Program-made: the position numbers and the translations under genes | From: Eledone cirrhosa | Taxonomy: Eukaryota | Length of the DNA: 64,000 nucleotides | Reading direction: 5' to 3' | Assembly (NCBI GenBank): GCA_964016885.1 | Contig: OZ024758.1 | Coordinates: 33,418,001 to 33,482,000, forward strand | The notes under the pieces: model-generated | The model's input: only the letters and a program-made list of their open reading frames with translations | Told to the model about the DNA's origin: nothing | The model's database searches: none | Shown here: positions 1-9,985 of the stretch, one piece after another | Layout: each line of letters opens with the position of its first letter | How positions within the stretch are numbered: position 1 is the first letter of the stretch

Positions 1-208
1 ATACCCTGTTAATTGTGAACAGAATTTTCATTATTGAAACAATGTATTTGTAATACCATGATACAAATGGTATATTGGCAAAGGTGGTAGAATAATGGTT
101 AAGTGATATAAAGTATGATTTTCCTGCCAATAATGTTCGTAGTTCTGTTCTTACTTGAGTCCTAGTCTTGATTTTTGCCTCTCATTCTTGTGGAGTTTAT
201 AAAATAAT

Positions 209-430
209 GTCATAATTTGGAGAGGGCCATATTCTCATCATATTGCCAGAAATATCTGTTTGGTTTGGGTTGGCTTTTGTTTCAGTATATATTATATTTC
301 TATAATTGATTCAGCTGGCAATCAATATTTATCATTGATTGACCAACTGTTAAAAATGTATATATATATATAGTTTCTTTCATCACACATCTGTGACATC
401 ATCAGTGACATTGTTTCCTACTGTTGTATT
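209..430 (-). mobile_element. Degenerate Penelope-like pLTR/3' end copy (related to the element ending at about 12280) with hammerhead remnant
   Basis: Reverse complement aligns by eye with 12030-12280 (ggtcaatcaatg..aaccaaacag..ttctggcaata..atatggccctctccaaa) and carries CTGATGA-t-gtcaca/tgtgat-GAAA. Confidence 0.6.
371..410 (-). ncRNA. Type I hammerhead ribozyme motif, family A, degenerate stem I
   Basis: Minus strand: tgtca CTGATGA t gtcaca-gatg-tgtgat GAA ag-aaa-ct a; the 3' strand of stem I is replaced by (TA)n. Confidence 0.55.
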
Positions 431-819
431 GCTGTAATAAAATAAATATTTGATTAAAGTTACCAACAAAATCACTACAACTACTAGCTAACATTACTAT
501 CATTGCAAACATATATATTTTTTCAACTGTCTCCTCTTTGTCTTCACCCCCCCCCCCCCCTCCTCATCATTAATAACATAATATCCATCTATTTTTTCTT
601 ATTAACATGGATTTCAATCAAAAGAAATAAGAACTGTCAATTTAAATAAATAATCTACTAAATCCTGTTTGATTTTGAGTAAAATAAATCTTCTGCAAAT
701 ATTAATTTTCTTCATGCGGCATTATATTCCACTGGAGATGAGGAAGATGCACCAGCAGGAACTTGTGGTTTTGAAAGGAGATGATGGCCTTCACAGTTGT
801 TTTAAGATCAGTGTGGTGG

Positions 820-1100
820 TTCTTCTTGCTAGCATGGGTTAGACGAGATCTGTTGTGAGATAGACGAGGTCAGGTGACCATGTCTTGCTCATACGGAACT
901 GATTTTCATTTGATTTTTACAGCTGGATGCCCTTCCTAATGCCAACCACATTTACAGTGAGTACTGGGTGCTTTTTGTGTCACTTACACAACCACTTTAC
1001 AGTGTGGACTGGGTGCTTTTTGTGACACCTATATGACCACTTTATAGTGTGGGCTGGGTGCTTTTTCTCATGACACCTACATGAGCACTTTTGAACTAGA
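820..1100 (-). mobile_element. Degenerate RTE-LINE 3' UTR-derived fragment
   Basis: tacagctggatgcccttcctaatgccaaccacatttacagtg matches the RTE 3' UTR at 3325-3370; short internal tandem segments. Confidence 0.6.
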
Positions 1101-1849
1101 AGAAAAGCATAGATGAATAAAGGAATTTCAGAGAGATGATGATCTTTTGAGGATATAAAATGGTGACAGGAAGAGATGATTGGAGTCAAGTAGACCTGGG
1201 TAGATCTCATTGCTAGCGACACTCAACCCCACTTCCCACTCAGTGAATCTTGTCAATTCAGATTAAGATATACTAGATAATCTTAGATATATTTGTTGTT
1301 GGATCTCCATTGCTTCTAGCAGTGAGTGTTCCAGTTGTTCAAACACAACAGCATGCATATGACTGACCATTCCACAGCCACCTTGCACCCTTAATATAGT
1401 TCTCAAGAAGATTCAGTGTGACACAGACTATACACAGAGCTGGTTCTTTGAATTACAGATGCAACACAACAGCATGCTTGGGAAATTAACTTGCAAGTGA
1501 CTGAAATGAGCTCGGAGATAAGGGAGTTGTTCCATGTAGAGCCACTACTTCTCCAAATTGTGAGATCACAGCTCCGATACTCTGGACATGTGGTTAGAAT
1601 GTCTTAGGAAAGAATCTTTGGACAGGTTTTATGGGAAAAAATAACCCACAGGAGGCCCAGAGGCAGACCCTGTGCAAAATAGTTGGATAACATCCATGAG
1701 CTTGGCTGGTCTCGCTTGGGGATCCAGCCGGATCAATTGAAAATGGTTGATTGTGACAACCTGCTGGAGGGAGAGTCTGAAGTCTCTGCCCCCACAACTC
1801 TCTCAGGAATAAGTGGGTGAAGAAGTGACTGATCATTCTACAAACACCC

Positions 1850-2040
1850 CCCACCCTTAAGATAGTTCTCAGGAATATTCAGTGTGACACAGTCTATACA
1901 CAAAGCTCGTTCTTTGAATTACAAGTACAACTTATTTTTGGCAACTGAGTGAACTGAAGCAACGTGGAATAAAGCATCTTGTTCAAAGACACAACACTTC
2001 ACCAGAAATGAACTCATGATGTTAAGATTGTGAGCTGAGG
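1850..2040 (-). mobile_element. Degenerate SINE-like repeat (3' part repeated at about 1389-1460)
   Basis: Shared block cccttaa..tagttctca..ttcagtgtgacacag.ctatacaca..gct.gttctttgaattaca at 1389 and 1854; weak tRNA-like head (gagttca) on the minus strand. Confidence 0.4.
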
Positions 2041-2692
2041 AGAGGGATGCACTTTTGTGGAACAGGGGGTGGGGCACGAAGAGAGATGGGTGTCTGTAGA
2101 GCAAGAGGAGGAGGGGGACGTTTTGGATAAAATATTAAGTATTGGTACTGAATAAGCAGGTCAAGAAGTTGATTCTTCATCACACTTGCATGAGAAAAAC
2201 AAAATATTGATTGTTGTGCATATTTCTACTTGGTGAATATTTGTGACGATACATCTGCAAGCAGAATTAATTCCACTTGTATTTGTCTTAATAGTAGTAT
2301 TAACTCTAGTTCAGTAAATCAATTAAGCTTAGAGATTATAAATTATTTACTTATGATATAATCTCTATGCTGATTTCTATCTAATTCCCCCAATTCTGAG
2401 GTGTCTACCTTAGAAATAATTATATGGTTGTTAATCTGTGATGTATGGTTCTTATGTAACCTCAGTGTTTCATAAGATCACTGTAAAACTTGTAGTTGTA
2501 AGGTGACGGTGAACTAATGGTAATAATTAGGTCTTGAACTTGCTGATGTCTCTGTACATTTTAATGCTTCTAGTACTACTTACTCTATCATTTATGTTTT
2601 AAAGTTGTAGCCTTTGTTATATTTTAGCTTTTCTTCTCATTTCATCTAATTTATGTAAATTGTTTGAATAATGGAAAATATATATATATATA

Positions 2693-2816
2693 CAATGATA
2701 TTAAATAAATGGAAGCTATATTTGTAAAACCATATTTATTTTATTATATTTTGAAATATATATAATAAAATAAATATGGTTTTATAAATATAGTTTCCAT
2801 TTATTTAATATCATTG
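2693..2816. repeat. Long AT-rich palindrome (about 57-bp arms, about 10-nt loop)
   Basis: caatgatattaaataaatggaagcta... versus ...tagtttccatttatttaatatcattg; only 2 mismatches. Confidence 0.9.
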
Positions 2817-2942
2817 AATATTTACTCCACTAGCTTGAGTGCTCTAAATCAGTTATAAACATTTATGTTTGTCGGACTTCCAACAAATTAAATACAACTT
2901 CTACTTATATATATATAATATATATATATAATATATATATAT

Positions 2943-2996
<54 letters not shown>

Positions 2997-3197
2997 TCAT
3001 AAAACATATCTATAGAATCACCAGATAAAATATAATATTATATATATATATTATATTATATATATATATTATATTATATTATATTATATATATATTATAT
3101 TATATATATATATTATATTATATATATATATTATATTATATTATATATATATTATATTATATATATATTATATTATATATATATTATATTATATCAT

Positions 3198-6100
3198 CAT
3201 CATCATCATCATCATCATCAACGTTTAACGTCCGTGTTCCACGCTTGCATGGGTTTGGACGGGGGTAGTCCCACTTGAGGCAAGAGTGATTGTCTTGCTC
3301 GCATAGGACTGTCTGGCAGGTTTTCTACAGTTGGATGCCCTTCCTAACACCAACCACATTTACAGTGTGGGTCTGGGAGGTTTTTACCGTGTTGCCTACA
3401 CGGCCACATTACAGCGTGGACTGTGTGTTTTTTTGTCGTGACACCTACACGATCTCATTTGTTTCGGCCTCGATGGCGCGGCACCAACATAACTTTACAT
3501 AGAACGGGGTGGTGTGGATCGGGTGGGGGTGGTGGGACGGGGTGTATTTGTTAGAGATGCCTACTGGCTGGAGTAGGTTTTACTATATATTTAGGTAAGG
3601 CGGGTCTTCTCTGTTACTGAGTACCGCCAAAGGTCTCGGTCCAGTGACATTGTCTTGGAGAGGTGTAAGTGTGTGATGTCGGAGTTTATCAGCTCGTCCC
3701 AGGTTTTTCTAGGTCTGCCTATTCCGTGACTACCGTCTATCTTTATTGCCCTGCACTTTGTTATACAGCTATCGACTTTCATGCGCATCACGTGTCCATA
3801 CCAACGTAGCCTTCTCTCGAGTAAACAACATCTGATCCCTCTTATCTCTAATTTATTCCTTAGTTCGTTTATGCTTTGCCGTTCACGTATATTACTGTTA
3901 CACATCCAGCGGAGCATGCAAGCTTCGTTCCTCTCTAGTCTGCGTATATCCTCTGCACACAATGCCCAGGTCTCACTGCCATGTAGCATTGCTGTTCGTA
4001 TGCAGGCATCGTACAACCTGCCTTTCATTTTTAGTGAGAACCCTTTAGCAGCTAATAGTGGTATAAGCTCTCTGAACTTTTTCCAACCAGTTCTGACTCT
4101 AGCTACAGTACTTTCAGAGCACCCTCCCCCACTGCTGATTTTATCGCCCAGGTAACGGAAGCTGTCCACTATTTCTATAGAACCCTCTGCGCAATTGAAA
4201 GAGCTAGTAGTTTGTGGGCACTTGCTGCTACTTATTGCACCAGAGCACCGGCCACATGTAAAATCTATGTTCTTAGTTAGCCTACCTGTGATCCCACTAC
4301 ATCTTTTATGCACCCATACTTTGCATTTAGGACATAAAATGGAGTTTCTACCTACGCCTTTCCTACACACCGAGCACGACCATTTCCCAGAAGGGACCGC
4401 CGCCTTGTTTTCTTTCCTACAAACTAGTACTTTGGTCTTAGCCAGGTTAATTTTAAGTCCTTTTGACTCTAGGCCGTGCTTCCATGTTTGGAATTTCTTC
4501 TCTAGCTCGGCCATTGATTCCGCTATGAGTGTCAGGTCGTCTGCGTATAGGAGTTCCCATGGGCAGCCTGTCTTGAACTCCTCTGTTATGGCCTGAAGGG
4601 CAATAATAAATAGTAGTGGACTGAGAACAGAGCCCTGATGGACGCCGACTTTTACGCTAAACTCTTCACTATATTCGTTGTTAATTCTAACCTTGCTGAC
4701 TGTTTCTTTATACATTGCTTGTATAGCCCTCACAAGCCATTCGTCAACGCCTAGTTTTCTAAGAGCCCACCAGATAATGGAGCGGGGGACTCTGTCGAAG
4801 GCTTTCTCCAAGTCGACAAAAGCTAAGTAGAGGGGTTTACCTTTAGCTAGGTACTTCTCTTGTAGTTGTCGTACTATGAAAAGAGCGTCTGTGGTACTTT
4901 TGCCTGACACAAACCCGAACTGCATTTCATCTAGGTCAATTCTCTCTCTGATTAGTTGCGCTATTACTCTTTCCGTGACCTTCATGACCTGGTCGATTAA
5001 TTTAATGCCTCTATAGTTACTCCTATCTAGGGCGTCTCCTTTACCCTTATAACAGTTAACGATGATGCTGCTATGCCAGTCCTTCGGAACAACCCCGTTT
5101 TGTACGACTTGGTTAACTATGCGGGTGACCATGGTGTGTCCCACCGTGCCAGATGCCTTCAGCATCTCAGCAACTATTTCCGAAGGCCCAGCCGCCTTAC
5201 CAGTCTTCATATCCTTGGTTGCCTTACTTATTATACTCCCCTCGACTAACACTGCTGGTCCCTCTATTGGGTCGATATGGGGGAGACTGCCTTTCTCCCA
5301 ATTATTCTCCTCATTTAGAAGCCTTTCATAGTGACACTTCCAAGCTACCTTCTTATCAGCGTCGGTGATGGCAAGTGTGCCATCGTCGTTTAGTACACAC
5401 TTCTCCCCGACAATATCACGGTTTTCCTTGACGCATTGCCTAGCAATCCTGAACACCTCACGTTTTTGGTCATCGCGTTGTAGAACATGCTTGAACTTTC
5501 TTTCCTCAGCTTCCCTTCTTGCTAAGTACACTTGTCTCCTAGCTTCCCTCCTGGCCACTTGATAGTCCTCTCTACTTCCCCCATCCCGCCATACTTTCCA
5601 AGCCTGCTTTTTGGCCTTAATTGACCCCTCCACCTTACTGTTCCACCACCATGTTACTCTCCTCCTGCCTACAGGCCTGCTCCAGCCACAGACCTCGTCT
5701 GTCGCCAACAGCAGGTTTGCTTTCAGAAATTCCCACTCTCCCTCTATATTGTCCGACTCTAAATGTTCTTCCTTACTGTCGAAAGCATCAAGTAATATGC
5801 TTTGAAATTTATTCCTGGCTGTGGGGTCCTTTAGCTTCCATATTTTCCTCCTGAGGATAGTCCTCTTCTGTTGTCGAGTACGTCTCGTCCTGACTATGAG
5901 GTCGCTAATTATCAGTCTATGTTGGGAGGTGCATTCTTCATGGGGGAGGGATTTAGTGTTAACAACAGACACTCTGTCACGTCTTCTGGTAAGGATATAA
6001 TCTACCTGGCTTGTGTGTTCCCCGGATCTATAGGTGATCAGGTGATTGTCACGTTTTTTGAAGTTAGTGTTACAGATAGTTAGGTTATTTGCATCACAGA

Positions 6101-6923
6101 ATTCCAGGATTCTGGAGCCTTCCTCATTTCTAGTACCAAACCCATAGCCTCCATGGATTTCGTCGTAGCCGTCACAATGTTGTCCAACGTGATCATTTAG
6201 GTCGCCTGCGATAATTATATAGTCACTGTCGGATATTTGGGAGGTAGTTAGCATCAGTGTCTCATAGAATCTGTCTTTTATAGTGCCGGGCAGTCCGGAT
6301 TGGGGTGCGTACGCAGATATTACTGTCACCGTAGTTCTATTGAGGACAAGTCGTATTTTAATTATTCTGTCGTTCACTCTATTTACGTCTATTATCTTAT
6401 CTGCCCACTTTTCTGCTACCATGATTCCTACTCCACCCAGCCCATCGTCGTTTCCCACCCAGAAAAGCTTATAACAACGTTTTTTACCCTCAATGAACCT
6501 AGCAGACCCACCCCTCCACCTGGTCTCTTGAATACAACAAACATCGACCTCCTTACGTTCAAGCATTTCTACAACCTCGTTAGCGCGACCCTTTAGGGTG
6601 CCTACATTTATGGTACCAACTCTGAAGTTTTGGATTGCGTTTGGGGGTTGGGGGCGGTGAGGGGCGGGGGGCGATGGGGTTATGTTAGCCGTCCGCGGTC
6701 GAAACAATGAGGAGTGCTCGCATTCTCGTCCAAGGGGTGAATTTGTCTTTATCTTTGGCATTGTCGCTGAGCGTCCAGATTTTTCTCTCTCACCTCCACT
6801 CTCCAGGATTCCGCAGTCCATCCATCCATCATATATCGTATATCGAAAGGCAACCAGGCAAGCGATAGTATAGGCCTCTGGTTTCTGATTGGTCCGCGTA
6901 ATAATACTGGTGATACGTGGATC
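3198..6923 (-). mobile_element. Full-length RTE-clade non-LTR retrotransposon
   Basis: Single APE-RT ORF, about 390-bp 3' UTR, (GAT)n tail, and a 23-bp direct repeat ATATATATATTATATTATATCAT at 3175-3197 and 6924-6946 (TSD). Confidence 0.93.
3591..6821 (-). CDS. RTE polyprotein: AP endonuclease + reverse transcriptase + Cys/His-rich (PHD-like) insert
   Basis: GTINVGTL, CCIQETRW, SAYAPQ, AGDLN, QVDYIL (APE); FVDLEKAFD, GVHQGSVLSP, LLYADD (RT); CSVC..CPKCKVWVHKRC..CGRC; RRLRWYGHVMR..GRPRKTW RTE C-terminus; no stops in 1076 aa. Confidence 0.95.
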   Translation of the reverse strand: MDCGILESGGEREKSGRSATMPKIKTNSPLGRECEHSSLFRPRTANITPSPPAPHRPQPPNAIQNFRVGTINVGTLKGRANEVVEMLERKEVDVCCIQETRWRGGSARFIEGKKRCYKLFWVGNDDGLGGVGIMVAEKWADKIIDVNRVNDRIIKIRLVLNRTTVTVISAYAPQSGLPGTIKDRFYETLMLTTSQISDSDYIIIAGDLNDHVGQHCDGYDEIHGGYGFGTRNEEGSRILEFCDANNLTICNTNFKKRDNHLITYRSGEHTSQVDYILTRRRDRVSVVNTKSLPHEECTSQHRLIISDLIVRTRRTRQQKRTILRRKIWKLKDPTARNKFQSILLDAFDSKEEHLESDNIEGEWEFLKANLLLATDEVCGWSRPVGRRRVTWWWNSKVEGSIKAKKQAWKVWRDGGSREDYQVARREARRQVYLARREAEERKFKHVLQRDDQKREVFRIARQCVKENRDIVGEKCVLNDDGTLAITDADKKVAWKCHYERLLNEENNWEKGSLPHIDPIEGPAVLVEGSIISKATKDMKTGKAAGPSEIVAEMLKASGTVGHTMVTRIVNQVVQNGVVPKDWHSSIIVNCYKGKGDALDRSNYRGIKLIDQVMKVTERVIAQLIRERIDLDEMQFGFVSGKSTTDALFIVRQLQEKYLAKGKPLYLAFVDLEKAFDRVPRSIIWWALRKLGVDEWLVRAIQAMYKETVSKVRINNEYSEEFSVKVGVHQGSVLSPLLFIIALQAITEEFKTGCPWELLYADDLTLIAESMAELEKKFQTWKHGLESKGLKINLAKTKVLVCRKENKAAVPSGKWSCSVCRKGVGRNSILCPKCKVWVHKRCSGITGRLTKNIDFTCGRCSGAISSSKCPQTTSSFNCAEGSIEIVDSFRYLGDKISSGGGCSESTVARVRTGWKKFRELIPLLAAKGFSLKMKGRLYDACIRTAMLHGSETWALCAEDIRRLERNEACMLRWMCNSNIRERQSINELRNKLEIRGIRCCLLERRLRWYGHVMRMKVDSCITKCRAIKIDGSHGIGRPRKTWDELINSDITHLHLSKTMSLDRDLWRYSVTEKTRLT

Positions 6924-7041
6924 ATATATATATTATATTATATCATATATATATTATATTATATATATATTATTTATATATATATTATATTATATATATT
7001 ATATATAATATATATATAATGACATAAATGGGACCTGCCCC

Positions 7042-7668
7042 TTGTATAGGAGCAAATTTTGGAATAGAATAGAAAGAACTAGGAACAAGGCCAATAAAAT
7101 AAACTCGTGGTATGATAGCAATAAATACCAGAGTGTAATGTTCATCAATACAACCCCTAGAGGCGAACTAGCCTACAAATTTAGAAGGGCCCTAAATAAA
7201 CATAATCTCAATATTAAGATAGTAGAAAGACTTGGTACCTCCGTAAAAACACTTATTAGCAAGACATACCCATTCCAAAGACCCTCATGTATAGATAAGA
7301 AATGTATAACCTGTAAAATAAGCCCCCATATTAACTGTAAAACTAGAAATGTAGTGTATAGCATAAGATGTACTGAAGGACAATGTAGAAACAAAAATAT
7401 AGTGTACATAGGTGAGACAGCTCGTAGTATAGGGGAACGAATAAATGAACACTGGCGAGACCTCCAAGATAAAGAATCATCTGTGCTCTACCAACATGCT
7501 AAGATAGAACACAGGGGTAGATTAGAGAGCATAGAAATAAAAATAGAATCCACGCACAGAAAAGACGCAAAGTTTAGGCAAATTACAGAGGCAGTAAGCA
7601 TAAAAGAATTAAAACCAAAATTAAATAGAAAATATGAGTGGAACAGCAACATCACAACTTACAATTAA
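7042..7668 (+). pseudogene. Penelope GIY-YIG endonuclease fragment
   Basis: VVY..YIGET..R..EH..E..LN GIY-YIG motifs; homologous to the C-terminus of ORF 9731-11761; RT domain missing. Confidence 0.88.
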
Positions 7669-7945
7669 GGACAAAATGAAAACACACACACACTTAGAAC
7701 AAACAACTTACAATTGAAAACACACACAAAATGAAAACACACACAGGACAAAATGTAAACACACACACACATAGAACAAACAACCAACCAACAATAAATA
7801 AATAAACAAATAGAAAAATGAACACAAACACACACAGACACCCGGATGTGGCACATGCGCAAACTGAGCACACAACACACACACAGAAACAAAATGGCGT
7901 AGGATAGAAGAAAGAAAAGGCACAGAAACGAAGAAAGGAATCCCC

Positions 7946-7990
7946 AGTCACTGAAGAGGTCACAGAGTGTGTGACGAAAGGACTATGACT
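7946..7990 (+). ncRNA. Minimal type I hammerhead ribozyme, family A
   Basis: agtca CTGAAGA g gtcaca-gagtg-tgtgac GAA ag-ga-ct a^tgact: 5-bp stem I, 6-bp stem II, 2-bp stem III, CUA cleavage triplet. Confidence 0.82.
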
Positions 7991-8157
7991 ATATATATAA
8001 ACAACTATCTGGTTGTGGAACCAACAAACCAACCAGAAATTTATAAGTTTGTAGATTTGTAAATTTATAAATTTATAAATATATAATAAATTGAAGTGAA
8101 AGCAACTGGTGCGTGTGTTTCTTATTGGCAACATGACCCTCCCAAAGTATAACAATA

Positions 8158-8254
8158 ATATATATATATATATAATATTATATATATATATATATAATAT
8201 ATATAATATTATATATATATATATATAATATATATAATATATATATATATATAT

Positions 8255-8287
<33 letters not shown>

Positions 8288-8523
8288 ATATATATAATAT
8301 ATATATATATATATATAATATATATATAATATATATATATATAATATATATATAATATATATATAATATAATATATATATATATATATAATATATATAAT
8401 ATTATATATATATAATATATATAATATATATATATATATAATATATATATAATATATATATATATATAATATATATAATATATATATATATATATATAAT
8501 ATATATATAATATATATATATAT

Positions 8524-8579
<56 letters not shown>

Positions 8580-8584
8580 ATATA
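8158..8584. repeat. (TA)n microsatellite running into the assembly gap
   Basis: Direct reading. Confidence 0.95.
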
Positions 8585-8784
8585 NNNNNNNNNNNNNNNN
8601 NNNNNNNNNNNNNNNNNNNNNNNNNNNNNNNNNNNNNNNNNNNNNNNNNNNNNNNNNNNNNNNNNNNNNNNNNNNNNNNNNNNNNNNNNNNNNNNNNNNN
8701 NNNNNNNNNNNNNNNNNNNNNNNNNNNNNNNNNNNNNNNNNNNNNNNNNNNNNNNNNNNNNNNNNNNNNNNNNNNNNNNNNNNN
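8585..8784. other. Assembly gap (200 N)
   Basis: Run of N. Confidence 1.
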
Positions 8785-9983
8785 GGTGTAGCTTCGCTGG
8801 ATTGCCTCAAGCTCCGTGGTTAGTTTGACACTATGGGGTGACCACAGCTGGGAGCAGTAGTCCAGGCGGCTTAGGACAAAAGTCCTCCACAGTGTCAACA
8901 TGGTGTCTCGATCTCTTGTAAGGAAAGTCCTCAAGATCCAGCCAGCGAATCGTCTACATGCTGTCGCCACCTTCATGATGTGTGAAGAAAAAGATGCATC
9001 ATCGCTCATGTCTATGCCCAGGTCTCGTATCGATTTTGACACGGGGATATCGGTCCCTCCTGGTCCTGTGTAGCTGTGTTCCACTATATTTGTGTTTGCA
9101 GGTTTGTATTGTAGGACTTGGAATTTGCCAGCATTAAACTGCATGTTGTTTTCTTCCGCCCATCTGTATATGGCATCCAGATCCTGCTGTAAAAGGGCAG
9201 CGTCAGCCGGGTTTTTGATTGCCTGTGCTACCTTAGTGTCATCAGCATAGCTAGTGAGGGATGTTGTTGCATGCACCACAGAGGGCATGTCCGAGAGAGC
9301 CACCAAAAACAGTAGTGGTCCCAGGACTGTCCCCTGAGGCACCCCACTTGTTATCGGTGTTTCCCTCGAGAGGGCCCCATTTGCTGCGACTGCCTGGCTT
9401 CTGTCCCTTAGGAAGCCATGCAGCCACTCACCTACTTTTCCAGTTATGCCGAGTCCGTGTAGTTTGTGACATATCATTCCGTGGTCGACCTTGTCAAAGG
9501 CCTTCGCAAAGTCAAGATATATCACGTCTACATGTGAGCTGTCTAGTAGTTGTCTCAGTACCCAGTCGTAGTGATGTAGCAGCTGTGTAAGGCAGCTTCT
9601 TCCTGGGCGGAAGCCATGTTGCGTGCTAGTCAGGCGGTCATTTTCTTCGAGGAAAGTGATTAGTTTCTTTCTGACGACTCGCTCCATGACCTTACTGATA
9701 TGCGACGTCAGGGAGACTGGCCTATAGTTCTTGGCCTCCGCTCTACTACCTCCTTTATGGATAGGGCATATTGTGCCTTCTTTCAGCTCCCTGGGTAGTA
9801 CACCGCTAGCCAAGAAGCTTCTGAAGAGCATCTTCAGTGGAGTTGCTAAGGCCCGCTTACATATTTTTAGGAGAACTGCTGGGAATCCATCAGGTCCAGC
9901 AGCCGAGTCTGTTCTAATTTCATCAATGGCGTACACCACATCCTCCTCCGTTATGTCTATGTGGTTGATGGTTGCCATTTCTT
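8785..9983 (-). mobile_element. 5'-truncated CR1-type LINE (RT region), near-identical to 15632-16837
   Basis: KNYRPVSLTS, QHGFRPGRSC, YLDFAKAFDKV, SGVPQGTVLGP, YADDTK; its 3' end lies in the gap. Confidence 0.92.
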
Positions 9984-9985
9984 TA

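Larger units (their letters stand above)
7021..8157 (+). mobile_element. 5'-truncated Penelope-like element (GIY-YIG endonuclease end + 3' UTR/pLTR with hammerhead)
   Basis: ORF 7042-7668 has CIDKKCITC linker, NVVYSIRC, YIGETARSIGERINEH, LNRKYEW; flanked by (TA)n. Confidence 0.9.

Noticed and set aside
3781-6873. Plus-strand ORFs overlapping the RTE
   Set aside because: Antisense shadows of the RTE ORF with no recognisable motifs
9731-9983. Novel N-terminal domain of the Penelope protein
   Set aside because: It is antisense CR1 sequence; the same peptide appears at 15630-15884
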